Positions 34,946 to 49,676 of a stretch of 64,000 nucleotides of DNA are shown here, piece after piece. The position numbers and the translations under genes are program-made. The DNA is taken from positions 161,882,001 through 161,946,000 of the forward strand of contig OZ024740.1 of assembly GCA_964016885.1 (NCBI GenBank), read 5' to 3'. How positions within the stretch are numbered: position 1 is the first letter of the stretch; every line of letters starts with the position of its first letter. This DNA comes from Eledone cirrhosa (taxonomy: Eukaryota). The notes beneath the pieces are model-generated. The model saw nothing but the letters and a program-made list of their open reading frames with translations. It ran no database searches and was not told the origin of the DNA.

Positions 34946-36921
34946 AGCTCTGTCTACATTCCAAGCCTCGCAAAAAGTCAGGAAAAAACACTAAATAAGC
35001 ACGTTCTAATTTTTGACGTCTAAAACGTTATAACAGATTATAAAACTTTAATAATTTTTATTTTTTAATTCTTTTATGATATGATTAATGTTAGATTAAA
35101 GGGTCCTATTTAGGTATATAAACATATTTTTGGTTAACATGATCTCTTGAGGATTGTTAAGATATATTTAATTTTTGACTGGGATTCCTGTATATATCTT
35201 TTTAAATATATGGCTTATACGCTTAACAATTATAATGTACCGTAAATCATTCATGCATTTATGTTTTTGTATATTTACTTATCTGGAATATGTTTTACGA
35301 TTCAGGAAGTTTGATTTATATATTTTTATTTATATATATTTACGGTATATGCATCACACACGATACTAGTCATCAATCTTTTTTCCACTTATCTTGATGT
35401 ACAACTTCAATTATAACATTACTAACAATGATTGTACTGTTTATTTATTATATGTATATCGATCACTATTATCTAGAATACTCTATTTATATTTGAATAA
35501 ATCTGTATATCTAGTATAATAACATGCCTCTAATTACATTCATAAGTACTTTAAATACTTTAATGACTTTCTAGTGTTATAATCGTTAAATATTTTCTAA
35601 ACTCTCTAAGTTATATAACGATTATTATTGATAAGTACTTTAGATACTTTAATGATTTTCTAGTGTTATAATCGTTAAATATGTTCTAAATATTTTCTAA
35701 ATTTTCTAAGTTATATAATGATTATTATTTTATTTAATTTAATTTAATTTGGCTTACCTTCGTGTCAATAAAATCCTTAGGCTTTCTCTTTCTCATGTTT
35801 GTAGACATTATACTACTATATAAATTTATAAAGACAATCTAGGATCGCAGACAATTCATTTTTTTACTTTGAATCGTATTCTTATCCGTATGATTCAAGA
35901 AGTTTGATTGACTTGTATATTTATAGTATATATGTGTTACATGACCTTATTATAATAATTGATCTAAAACCTTAATTTTTAACAATATTACCAGTAACTT
36001 ATTTATTATATTATGTTATATATAAATGATAGGTATCATCTTAATCTTTACACAATATAATCTTTGTTTATATTTAGACAAATGCATATATCTATTTAAT
36101 AATAAACTTTTTTTAAAGTTTAATTATAAGGCCTTTTGATGCTTTAAGGCATTCTAATTGTTATCGAAATTTTTTTAAATTATATTATCAATATAATAAT
36201 TAAATATATTATAATAAAACTATTAAGATTTATATTCGAGAGGATGAAAAATAGCATATTTTCTCTCATATTTACAAATAGTTTAAATATGATTTTATAA
36301 ATTAAATATGATAGTATACTTTAATATTAATACAGATATTTATAAACTTTTATAGCCTGAAATATTATACACTTTAATTAATTCATTACTCTGAACTAAC
36401 TTAAACGATTTGAAAGTTAACGGTCAACCGGACACATTTGGATAGTATATATAACTAATTAACTGAGGAAATTAACCCTTATTGATTACACCCAGTTATA
36501 TTTAGGATTTAGATTGATGAATATTTCTAGATAATTCGTTTACTCTATCGCATACCTATGCCCAAATGTATAGTTGTGTATGGATATATATCATACATAA
36601 CTATACATCCCTCCCTATAATTATAATTATTCCTCTTTGTCTCCCTTTCCTTGATCAATTTTCCTTTGCTCTTTATACCTCTTCTAGCTATATTTTCCCC
36701 TCATATGTTTTCTCTCTCTCTTTTTTCTTTCCTCAATAATTATTTGAATCTCTAACAGTTATGTATTTTTAATCTTTCTTACACGCACCCTCTGTATTAT
36801 ATGTAAGTTTTTTTCATGTATCAATCTTAAGGTATATAAATATTGAGTTTTGTCATATCTTACTCACTACCATGACTGGATCTTAACCATCTACTATGTC
36901 AGTGTATGTCATGCATCATCT

Positions 36922-36988
36922 TATTTTATCTGATGAGGACGTACTGTTGAAGTTAGCTCAGTACCTCTGAAATATGTATAATAAAATA
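36922..36988 (+). ncRNA. Type I minimal hammerhead ribozyme motif
   Basis: tattttat CTGATGA ggac gtactg-ttgaagttagct-cagtac ctct GAAA tatgta TA ataaaata; perfect 8-bp stem I. Confidence 0.8.
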
Positions 36989-37130
36989 TACTTGATCACA
37001 ATGAAGTTCTATTTTTGTTAATATTTTGAATGAATATTAATAACTCTGGAAAACCAAATTTGTTGAGTGCTTCCAATCTATTGTAAAACTAATTCTTTGA
37101 TTTATTCATCGAACCATCATTTAACCTTTA

Positions 37131-37166
<36 letters not shown>

Positions 37167-37834
37167 CAATAGTAGTGATTGGATTTCATTAGGACTGTGT
37201 GACATGCAGTGGTTTTTTACTCAACAAGTGAATCACTTATCATAGTGTTTCCGTAGTGATCAACCGTAGGTACAATGTATTCATGTGACTTATTATATGA
37301 TATATATATATATCCTGAGTCGGTTTTCTCGTTGCTTTGGTCCTTGCAGCTGGCTTACCGGTTGCAATCTTCAATTTACCAAGCTGTCTAAACGTAATGT
37401 TATTACTCTAAGGTAAAATACCTTATTGAGTGCTTAGCTGCACATTCCGATTGCATTCGTTAGCTTAGCTGTAGCCAGAGCTTCGATTATGCTGAACTTC
37501 CATTCGTATATATATATATACTAGGTGGCAAATTGGCATTGTTAGAATGTCAGGTACAATGCTTTGTGATATTCATTTCAGCTCTCTGCCGAGCTCAACT
37601 TTGCCTTTTATCCATTTAAAGTTGATAAAATAAGTACCAGTCTAGTACTGGGAAGATTCTTCCTCTAAATCACTGTCTCACCCTATATCCATCTCTGGAA
37701 GAAATATGCTGTATTTACACCTGGAGAGAGATGGGTGCCACCAGGTTTTAAAATGCCCTAAAAATGCTGAATGACAATGCAGCACCCTACCACACCCTCG
37801 GAAGTTACGGGATCATACATACATAATATATAGA

Positions 37835-40090
37835 ATTCTGTGATGCAAATGAACTAACTATTTGCAACACAAATTCTAAGTAAACAGCCAGCTACCTGAT
37901 ATCATATGAATCAGGTGAAGACACAAGCCAAATTGATTACTTATGCGCAAGATGAGATAAATGGAGTGTAATAAACACTAAGGCCTTCCCTTAGGAAGAA
38001 TGCACCGCCCAGCACAAGTTAGTTATTAGCAGCAGCAAAATAAACACGAGACAGAACATGATACACAGGAAAATAAGGAGGTGGAGGGTTTGGAGGCTAA
38101 AGGATCTTTCAATTAAATATAGGTTTAGAAAGACCCTACAGGATGCAGTAGATGAGAGGGATGACAAACTAGGTACATATAATGTAGAAAACAGTTGGAA
38201 ATTCCTAAGTGACAAACTTTTGCAAACAACTGTTGAGCAGAGAGTGACCTGGTGGTGGAACAGCACAGAGGATAGAGCCATTAAAGCCAAGAGATAAGCG
38301 GAAAGATTAGAAAAACGGGGGTAACAGAAACCAGTACCAGGTTGCTATGAGAGAAGATAGACAACAGGTAAACGCAGCTCATAGAATGTGAAAAAAGAAA
38401 GTTTGCCAATGTTTTGAGATGTAAAGTGTTTTGCATAGCAAAGCAGTGTGTTAGTGTAAATCAAGGTGTTGTTGGGGAAAAATATTAGAAATGATGCTAG
38501 TGCATTTAGCACCACTGACACCCAAAAGAAAGAGGCCTGGATGTGTTAATATGAGAGATTGATGAATGTAGAAAATGAATGGGAGGAAGAGAAACCACCC
38601 ACAACCTACCCAACAGAAGGACCAGCTATTGAAGTTGACAGTTATAGAGGGGGAGGGGGGAAAGCAATCAAAGAGATAAAGAATGATAAAGCTGTGAGAT
38701 CGTCAGAGATGTTAAAAGCATAAGAAGTAGGAGTGGAACAAGTACAATCACAAGGGCAAAAGTGATGCTCTAAAAAAGACCAATCACAGAGGAATAAAAC
38801 TAATGGAAAGAGTTTTAGCAAAACTATTAGGGAGTCAAAATAGATGAGATGCAGTTTGGTTTCATGCTTGGGAAAAGTACTTCTGATGCCTTCTTCTTAG
38901 TGAGATAGAAGCCAAAGCCAAGACTATATTTGGCTTTTGTTGATCTAGAAAACGCCTTTGACAGAGTACCTCAATCTATTATCTGGTGGTCCTTAAGGAA
39001 ATTAGGTGTAGAAGAATGGTTTGTGAGAGCAGTGCAAGCCATGTACAGAAGAGCTGTCAGTAAAGTCAGAGTAGGATGTAAATTTAGTGAGGAATTCAAG
39101 GTACAGGTAGTTCATTGAGGTTCAGTTCTTAGCCCACTGCTGTTCATCATAATTCTCTAGGTCATGATAGAGGAGTTTAAAACTGGCTGTCCATGGGAAC
39201 TTCTCTATGCAGATGATTTGGTCCTTATAGCTGAATCCATAAAATAAGTTCTGACTATGGAAACAGAATTCAGAATCAAAAGGACTAAACTAAAGAAGAT
39301 AAGACCCTGATCCCTTCAGTGAAGTGGCCCTGTTCCATATGTAGGAGTAGGCATAGACTCCATGTTGTACACAATGTAAATCTTGAGTACACAACAGATG
39401 TAGTGGGATAATGGAGGACTAACAAGAACGGAAGACTTCGTATGAAGATGCACAGGAGTAATCAAAGGGAAAAGAGGCAGTGATATAAACCGCTTCAAAT
39501 CACAAGAAGTGGTTAACAGGTTCTGCTTATCAAGGTGACTTGATCTGCAGTGAATGAGGGTGCTCTGAGAGCATAATAGCTAGAATAAGGATAGGATGGA
39601 AAAAGTTTAGAGAGTTACTCCACTGTTGATAACAATAGGTTTCTCCTTACGTACAAAAGAACGACTGTATGATCCCTGTGTGCAAAACGCAATGTTGCAT
39701 GGTAATGAAACATGGGCAGTGACTGCAGAAAACATGTGTAGACTGGAGATAAATGAAGCAGCCATGTTTCATTGGATGTGCAACATAAATATGAGAGAAA
39801 GGCAGAGCTTGGATGAACTGAGGGAGAAGTTTGGTGTAAGAGGAATCTGAGGTGGTGTGCAAAAGAGAAGACTATGTTGGTACAGACATGTGATGCGCAT
39901 GGATGATGATTGATGGGTGAAGAGGTGCCAGTGGATGGAAGCCATAGTAGAGGTAGACTGAGAAAGACCTGGGCAGAGGTGGTAACAGCTAACCTCAAAT
40001 TTCTGAGACCCACAGAGGAAAGCTGAAGAAACATGGTGAGTGGAAAGATGCACATGTGGAAAAACAGATGTAAAAAAGATGATGATACAT
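37835..40090 (+). mobile_element. Decayed RTE-like LINE (EN end, RT, PHD-like finger, C-terminus)
   Basis: SQIDY, TWWWN, AFVDLENAFDRVP, GCPWELLYADDL, MLHGNETWA; same family as 42715-44250. Confidence 0.9.
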
Positions 40091-42130
40091 AAACACACAT
40101 ATATAAGGTGCATGGCTGAGTGGTAAGAGAATTGGATTTGCAATTGCAAGGTTGTGAGTTCAGTTCCTAGACCGTGTTGTGCGTTTTGTCCTTGAGCAAG
40201 ACACTTTATTTCACGTTGCCCCTTCTACCTGGAGTTGCGACCGATAGATAGTATTAGCAATTGGAAAGACCAACGGAAACATTGTTTCCTCGGTCCGATT
40301 TGACGAAAGTCAATCGACTGTCGATATATACACATATAAACATATTTTATAAATGTGTGTATATTAAGGTTTACCTGTGCAAGTTGGTGGTGTGTTGAGT
40401 TTAGTCCCTATATATCAATGTGTAACTTAATGATTCAATAAATAAGTACAAAACTGAAATAAGAACTAGGGTTGATTGTCATTGACTGAAACTAGTAAAA
40501 TAATATCAAGTTTGTTGTCTCCTCTATCTCCACATATTCATAGACAGAGAATATTTGTTTCTATAATCTGTTGGAAAGAGGCTACAAGTGGATCTTCAGA
40601 TAGAATTCACTGTTTTGACCAATTGTGGAAGCATCAGTGAGAAGTAACGGAGGTAAATAAAAATAGTGGATAAATGTAAGTTGAAGGAAAGTGTCTCTTG
40701 TAATGAACAGGAAGGAATATTAAATTATGCAAATGGCACAAGCAGTTAAGTGGATACTTTTCAGTTAAGAATACATATAACATATATGTAATTGGCAGAA
40801 GGCTAAAAGTGTTTATTTGAATAGATATTTAAAACAACAGGATCTAAAAACATCTAAATTATATTTGAATGTAGATTCAAAATGTTATCTACAAGTTTAA
40901 ATAGTGCATCCTACCTGAGGAAAGAGCTTGGCTGTTCTCAGCAATGCTTTCACCATCTTGTCTGTGGGGAAAGCTGAGATATAACATTTTAGGGCATCCA
41001 ACCATAGGAACCAAGCCAGAAACAGTTCTGTATGACATGGTCATCTGATCTGACTTGTCTCACAATGGGACAACTTGTCTAACTCCTGTTAGCATGGAAA
41101 AATGAACTTTAAACAGTGATGATCATGATGACGATGATGATGAGTGCATGAGAGTTTGCAAATAAGTATCTGAGTACTTGATTGACAATTAGGCGCTGCA
41201 CAGTATATTAAATGTTTCTACATCAGTTAGAAACGACACACACTGCATCATTCATTTTATCAATGCATGGTATTAGTAATATACATGATAAACATACTAA
41301 CTACACTCAGTAAAGTCATTGGTGATAGGAAGGGCATTCAGCCATAGAAAACCTGCCAAAAAAGGGTTGAGAGGACTCTTTAACTGTGTCAAAGACATAA
41401 TAGCTTCCTCAGTGCTGGCCATGATAAAATGCATTCAGTAGAATGAAGGAATATATGTAAATGAGATGCAGGCCCCTGACACATTCGAGAGGTCAGTGGC
41501 TCTGCGTAAGTACTGACTTGATCTGTGAAATCCTATCTAACACTTGCTAGCCAGGAAGAGCATGTTATATGATGATGATGAATTCAATCAAATTACTAAA
41601 TAGACTTCCTACTGGATTTTCATTTTGAAAGAAATGAAGGTTATGTTTCCAAGCCAAATCCAAAGAAATGGACTTTGGCTTTGAAAACATCATTTCTGTC
41701 CATTCCCTTGTCTTCAGAATGAGTTGTCTCGGAAAAGTAACCTCATTACATAAGATGCTGCCTGATGATATCCCATGACTGGTTGTGAGTGAATAAACAC
41801 ATAGCCACGTTCATCATTGAAATATGCATCATTTGTTGATAAAAGACTTTTTAGCATTTACACTGAACTTCAGTTTCTTTATTCTACATATACTCCGTCA
41901 CTGACTGACAAATCATATTTGGAAGAAAATACATGACGTTGAGGGCTTAAATTGAATTGCATCATTATTCACTGATTAGTGTTACATACACAAGCCTGAT
42001 TAGTTAACATGTTTACTGTAAGTATATATATAAATATATGCATCTCTCTCTCTCTCTATATATATATATACATAAAAAAAAAATTGAATTAGATCTCAGC
42101 ATAACATTGACTAAATAAAATAGTCTAATA

Positions 42131-42311
42131 ATTGTTTCCAGTTTTGGCACAAGGCCAGCAATTATCCCAGTGCATAACTGGTACTTTATTTTATCGACCC
42201 CGTAAGGATGAAAGGCAAAGTTAACCTCGGCGGGATTTGAACTCAGATCATAAAGGGCCGTAACTATGCTGCAAAGCATGGCGTCCAACCTTCTACCGAT
42301 ACTGCCAACCC
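42131..42311 (-). mobile_element. Family A SINE with TSD agtctaataat
   Basis: Reverse complement of the family A consensus; TSD at 42122 and 42313. Confidence 0.85.
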
Positions 42312-42714
42312 AGTCTAATAATAACGAGGCATATAAGCCCGCGAAACAAAAAAGATGTGCTGGTATTTATATAACAAGAATTGTCTATCCATACTTATGT
42401 AACATATAAGAGATCAGAAATTAAAGTCCACGGATTAAATTTAAGCAAATTTGCATATAACTACATTTAATTTCATGGCTATTGCTAGCGTGGAAAATGA
42501 ATGTTAAACGATGATGACATATATATACATGTGTGTGTGTATGCATGTGCACACACACACAGATATATATGTTATGCTTACAAGTAGCAGTACCCTTTAT
42601 ATTGTTAGAGTTGACAATAAAGCAGGAGTCTAATTTAACAATAGATATGCACATACTTGCATAAATGTATATCTATGCAAACATCAGAAAAGAAAACATG
42701 TCACAAGAAAAAGG

Positions 42715-44250
42715 TGGCTACCGTCTATTTTTATTGCCCTGCACTTTTTTATACAGCTGTCGTCTTTCATGCGCATCACGTGACCATACCAACGTAGCCT
42801 TCTCTCGAGTAAACAACATCTGATCCCTCTTATTTCTAATTTTTCCCTTAGTTCGTTTATGCTTTGCCGTTCACGTATATTACTATGACACATCCAGCGG
42901 AGCATGCAAGCTTCGTTCCTCTCTAGTCTGCGTATATCCTCAGCACACAATGCCCAGGTCTCACTGCCATGCAACATTGCTGTTCGTATGCAGTCATCAT
43001 ACAGCCTGCCTTTCATTTTTAGGGAGGACCCTTTAGCAGCTATTAGTGGTATAAGCTCTCTGAACTTTTTCCATCCAGTTCTGACTCTAGCTACTGTACT
43101 TTCAGAGCACCCTCCCCCACTGCTGATTTTGTCACCCAAGTAACGGAAGCTGTCCACTATTTCTATAGAACCATCTGTGCAATTGAAACAGCTAGTATTG
43201 TGGGCACTTGCTGCTACTTATTGCACCAGAGCACTGGCCACATATAAAATCTATGTTCTTAGTTAGCTTACCTGTGATCCCACTACATCTTTTATGCACC
43301 CATACTTTGCATTTGGGACATAAAATGGAGTTTCTACCTACTCCTTTCCTACACACTGAGCATGGCCATTTCCTGGATGGGACCGGCGCCCTATTTTCCT
43401 TCCTACAAACTAGAACTTTAGTCTTAGACAGGTTAATTTTAAGGCCTTTTGATTCTAGGCCATGCTTCCATGTTTGGAATTTCTTCTCTAGTTCGGCCAT
43501 TGATTCAGCTATGAGCGTTAGATCATCTGCGTATAGGAGTTCCCATGGGCAGCCGGTCTTGAACTCCACTGTTATAGCCTGAAGGGCAATAATAAATAGT
43601 AGGGGGCTAAGAACGGAGCCCTGATGAACACCAACTTTTACGCTAAACTCTTCACTATATTCGTTGTTAATTCTAACCTTGCTGACTGTTTCTTTATACA
43701 TGGCTTGTATAGCTCTCACAAGCCATTCATCAACACCTAGTTTTCTAAGAGCCCACCAGATAATGGAACGGAGGACTCTGTCGACAAAAGCTAAGTATAG
43801 GGGTTTACTTTTAGCTAGGTACTTCTCCTGTAGTTTTCATACAATGAAAAGAGCGGCTGTGGTACTTTTGCCTGACACAAACTCGAACTGCATTTCATCT
43901 AGATCAATTCTCTCTCTGATTAGTTGCGCTATTACTTTTTCTGTGACCTTCATGACCTGGTCGATTAATTTAATGCCTCTACAGTTACTCCTATCTAGGG
44001 CATCTCCTTTACCCTTGTAGCAGTTAATGATGATGCTGCTACGCCAGTCCTTCGGAACAACCCCATTCTGTATGACTTGGTTTACTATCCGGGTGACCAT
44101 GGTGTGTCCCACCGTTCCAGAAGCTTTCAGCATTTCAGCAACTATTTCCGAAGGCCCAGCCACCTTACCCGTCTTCATATCTTTGATTGCCTTACTTATT
44201 ATACTACCTTCGACTAACACTGCTGGTCCCTCTATTGGGTCAATGTGGGG
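42715..44250 (-). mobile_element. RTE-like LINE RT fragment with PHD-like insert
   Basis: YKGKGDALDRSNCRGIKL, VGVHQGSVLSPLLF, LLYADDL, KWPCSVCRKGVGRNSILCPKCKVWVHKRCSG..FICGQC, DSFRYLGD, RRLRWYGHVMR. Confidence 0.93.
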
Positions 44251-44955
44251 GAGACTTAAAATGTATATGGTAGAGAAGTCAATACTTGTAGCTATTATTT
44301 AGCCTTAGGTCAATTGTTTTTGAGCAGAGTTATGAGCAAAATGGATTACAGCTGTCACCATCATATTTTTAACCATTTTGATACCAATTTACGTGAAAAA
44401 ACCCCTTGTTATTCTATGTTACAAAGTTATTATCTAAAAATGTTTAGATTTTTTTAAACACCTGCCATCATAATGTTATATAAAAATCTTAGTTATGTTA
44501 TGCTCCAAACACTAGTTTAATAATGAGGAAGACAACCTCACCAAATTCTTGATTATTTTCACACTATGAAAAATCTTAGGTAGTATCTTTCCTTATAAAT
44601 ATGGTAATGAAAAGGTTAATTTGAGGGAAGAAATGTTGGCTACTATTCCTAGCATTCTAGCAATAACATAGAAGCTGTCCTATTTAATTCTTCAGCAAAG
44701 GCACACAACAGCTTTCATCAGATGCAACTTTTCATGCATGCTCACACCCCCACAAATACAAAAAAGACACCTTCAATTTTGTTGACACAAACATGAGACA
44801 GTGTTGGAGGAAGGGGCAGTTATGATACTTGGGACAATTCCTGCTGGAAACTATCCAAGGATTACATAATAAAATCTGTGCACATCATTATCGAATTGAT
44901 ATTGATGAGTGTACGTGTGTGTATATACATATATAAATATACACACACATTTATG

Positions 44956-44988
<33 letters not shown>

Positions 44989-45063
44989 TTTGTGGTGCTG
45001 AAACTGAGGACACCGTTGATCATGGGAGTACTCAATGCATGGGGAGATGTAGAGTGGGTTTAG

Positions 45064-45170
45064 AGATATGTAAAATCCCGACCACAGCACCAACCGGTTT
45101 CAGCCTGTGTTTTCAACTGAACAAACAGGCTGAAATCGCTTGATGCTGTGGTAGGGAATTTACATATCTC
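45064..45170. repeat. ~107-bp imperfect fold-back containing HHR 3' halves
   Basis: gagatatgtaaa.tccc.accacagca / tgctgtggtagggaatttacatatctc; minus strand reads caggct GAAA ccgg TT ggtgc. Confidence 0.75.
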
Positions 45171-45903
45171 TCTCTCTCTCTATAATATATATTCAAACAT
45201 AAAAACAATCTTATTTACTTCCTTTTGTAATCCCTACTCCCAAGCCAGGTCATCTTCCACAAACTTCAACCAGTTCTACTTTGCCTCATATACCCTCCTT
45301 CAGATTTACATTTGAGGGAGCCAATCACTGATCTCTTTGTAGAGATGCGTAGTACACAGCAAAGCATCTTCTACCATTGTACAGTGATAGTATTCCATGA
45401 CATATTCAATTGTGATTTATTCATGACAAACAATTTTAAGCATGGTCCTATGACAAAGTCTATGGAAAACATCTACATTCTGTAGATTTTGTTGGTCTTT
45501 TTCCATATTGCACAAGCATAGGTCACTGATGGCACAAGGATTGATGTACATAGGTGGAGCCTTGTGCCTTAGCTGATGCTGGAGTTGGGCCACACAAGCT
45601 TCATATTATTACTCACCTATAACTATGAAGATATTCCACCTTTGCGGGCTACTAAAATCACTATCTCAGAAGAGATATATAAAGAGATTTGGGAGAAGGG
45701 AACAGTCCATTAAATCAACCCCAGTACTTGGTAGATACTTTATTTTATGAACACTGGAAAGATGAAAAGTAAAGGCCAGCAATTTGGGGAAGGGGGAGAA
45801 AGGGTAGTACTTAATTATATTTTATCAGCCTGAAATGATGAAAGGCAATGGTGACCTCAGAATTGTAAGAGCCAGAACAAATATGGCATGGCATTTTGTT
45901 TAA

Positions 45904-46245
45904 CCCTTTAATGTTCAAACCGGCCAAAATTCTCTACCTCTTTCTGTTGAAACTGGCTGTAACTGGTCGCTCAAACTGATGTTAAGGTATTGTTCTCAAA
46001 ATAAATACTTTCAAATCTCATAGATTCAATATTATGTGAGGTAAAGCCTTTACCATGAAAATATAATAATATATATAAAATAATTGTTTCTACTTTTGGC
46101 ACAAGGCCAGCAATTACTCCAATGTATTACTGGTACTTTATTTTATCAACCCCATAAGGATGAAAGACAAAATTAACCTCCAGCAGGATTTGAACTCAAA
46201 CCAAATGCCAATCAATCAACCCTTGGAAAACAAAAGTAATAAGGG
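45904..46245 (+). mobile_element. piggyBac-like MITE (TTAA-flanked ccctt...aaggg) with nested SINE A at ~46080-46200
   Basis: ttaa|cccttt at 45900-45909 and aaggg|ttaa at 46241-46249; body shared with 46967-47166 and 24179-24383. Confidence 0.6.
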
Positions 46246-46966
46246 TTAAAAACTAACTGAAATTTCTTATATTAATTTTAAATTTTCTGATTTCCCATTC
46301 ACTCCATGATATTCTGAAGTGTTCAATTTCGTTTGTTATATACACATGCAAATACACATACTAATAAGTAGGATGTTCTTGCATCACAAAGTTTCTAGAC
46401 ATTAGTAAATGAAATTACTCTAATAATCATCAGCACTTAGATAATTAGCTTATCTATTTATTTATTATTAGCACTGTCGTCATCACCAAAAGCTGGCTCA
46501 GGCTTTTGAATCTGCTTGTGGCACATTTCTGGCAAGAAATTATGTTAATTCATTCCAGGCTTTCTGCTGTATCTTGCAGTCATAGAAGGCATGTATGACC
46601 ATGTCTCTATGTATATATACACACACACACATGTAACAATTTCTTTTTGTCTGCCCAGAAAAATAAAAATAAGACATTGCAAGTGAGAGGTGTCAACTAT
46701 TCCCACCAAACCACATAGTTATGTAATGAATTACTAAAACACAAATGCTGATGCATGACTCAATACATATGTCTTAAATTAAGGGTACTGGTTTTCCTAT
46801 GAAAGAAATGGTCATGTGCCTCCTCGATGTATAGGCATGTTGCTTATGATCTTGGCTGCACGTATATACCTGTTTCAACACAATCAATTGAGTTAGTCGT
46901 GAGTTATTTTTGTTTATGTACAGACGTATTTATAACCTCTGTTATGTTTGCAATGTAGGAAAATAA

Positions 46967-47166
46967 TAACTCTTTGGCATTTAAACCGGCCATATCTGGC
47001 CAGAATTCTCTGTTCAAATCGGCTGTAACCATCTGCTGATACTGATGTTAAGGTATTGTTCTCAAAATAAATAATATCAAAATCTCATAGATTCGATAAT
47101 TATGTGAGGTAAAGCCTTTATCGTGAAAATATAATAGTATATATAGACTAGTGTAAATGCTAAAGG
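46967..47166 (+). mobile_element. MITE, same family as 45904-46245
   Basis: Shared body; ends aaaggg|ttaa. Confidence 0.6.
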
Positions 47167-48019
47167 GTTAAACAGCAGTTTGTGATCAAATTTTGTGTGA
47201 AAATAGACAAATCTGCCACCGAAACATATAATTCTTTAACATAAAGACACTCACAGAAAATGACTTCAGTAATCTTACGATCAACGGAAAAAACGTCAAA
47301 ACCACTGTGTGACTTTCCAAGGGTTGTATTACAGGAGACAACCTGTAATTTCATGTATATCTAATATACACAAAATAAAACATCAGTGCCCTTACTTTTG
47401 GCACAAACATCATAACAGAGTTTAACAAACAAATGTATTTGAAATCCAAATTTTTTATAATTCAATTACTCATAAATTTCTGTAATGTTTTAGCAGAAAA
47501 ATATCTAAAAACAAGTAAGTTAATTTAGATGTTAGTATCTTTACTAGGGAACAGATCTTTGGAAATCTGCATTATTTAAAGTAAAGACTTTAATTTTCAA
47601 TGTGATATAGTTGTCATGCTGTTTCCTATTTTTAAAGAATGTTTTGTGAATACAGTTTCATGTAGTACAGGATATTAAGAGTTGTGTCATCAGGCTTTTA
47701 CATCTACCTACTGAGCTGAGACCGATGATGAGAGATTATTAATAAGTTGATGATGTTAAGATGTTATTTAAAAAGGTAAAAAAAAAAGTGGGCTTCATTC
47801 CTTCCTAGTATAGTTTTGTTTTGGTTTTTACACGAGCTATTTTCTTCTAAAACAAGAATTAAAAAAAAATAATATTTGATAGCTGAAAAAAATAAAATTA
47901 GAAATCAGATCCAAAACAATAAAAACAACACCAACAAAAGCTGCAGATTGTTATTGACATTAGTTATACATGTGTGTCACAAAAAGAAAAAAAAAACAAT
48001 TGATAGAAATGAGCTGAAG

Positions 48020-48530
<511 letters not shown>

Positions 48531-49135
48531 TACAAAGGCACAATGATAAAACCCCATGTACTTCCTTTGTTCTTTACTGTACTTCCTTTGTTTTTGTAGT
48601 AACCAGAGGGCTCTATAGAGTTAGGTTGAGATTTTAGGGTATATATATACACACATATATATATTTATATATATTATACATATTATACATATATATATTT
48701 ATAAATATTATACATATATATATTTTCATATATATATTTATAAATATTATACATATATATAATTATATATATTATACATCTATATATATATTATATATAT
48801 TGATATATACATCTGTATATATATATATGTATAGATAGATATATATGTATGTATATATATATATACACACACACACACTCACATATACGTATTTATACAC
48901 ACACAAACACACATACATGTGCATGCCACATATGCAGCTAACTTTAAATTGTTTGTTTTTTTATTGTTCACTTTTTTTTTTGTTCTTTAAAAGGCACATT
49001 ATTATAATTCATTATTATTATTATTATTTTATTATTAATAATTCAAAAGACCTGAGAGGTGAATGAGATTGATTATAAACAACAGACAGTGTGTTCAACA
49101 GCATGGCTAATTTTAATAGTTTGTAGTTTTGGAAG

Positions 49136-49644
49136 TCAGTGTTTTGAAGTTAAGCTTGTTGATCTCCCTGACGATGAAGATGGAGGTTCAATTGCTTCAG
49201 ACAAATGTTCAGAAATTCTAGAAATTGGGCTCTGTCTCGCTGAAGAAGTGAGGGGTGGTGTGCTAGTGTGGGCACTGATTATATTTGAAGACGAACTTTG
49301 TGAAGGAAGCGGATGTGACGGCTGCTGTGACGACGACGAAGAAGATGGCGAGAGATGGGGGCTTGTATTGTCAATATTACAGTTGTTGCTATTACTATTA
49401 CTACTACCACTACTACTACTACCACTACTGCTGCTGCTAATAGTACAACTGCCACTACTACTTGTGTTATTGTTGTTGGTACTGTTGTTATTGTTGTTAT
49501 TATTGTTATTGTTATTTGAACAACTGGTGTAGTTTGATCCAGCTCCATTAGCATTTGAGCCAACAAGTGTGCTAGATGTAATGATTGGAGAGTCATGTGC
49601 ATGTTGAGCAGTTGTTGACATTAGTTCAGCTTGTTGGTGCTGTT

Positions 49645-49676
<32 letters not shown>

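Larger units (their letters stand above)
32581..37037. mobile_element. ~4.5-kb fold-back PLE derivative: ~2.1-kb inverted arms (32581-34707 / 34987-37037) around an RT fragment
   Basis: Arms are colinear reverse complements with scattered indels; HHR motif near each outer end; spacer encodes PLE RT motifs on the minus strand. Confidence 0.85.

Noticed and set aside
41690-47700. Isolated CTGANGA hits at ~41713, 41762, 44715, 46428 and 47687
   Set aside because: No compatible stems I-III; expected by chance
49059-49532. Plus-strand Leu-rich 157-aa ORF
   Set aside because: Antisense shadow of the polyS/polyN coding region
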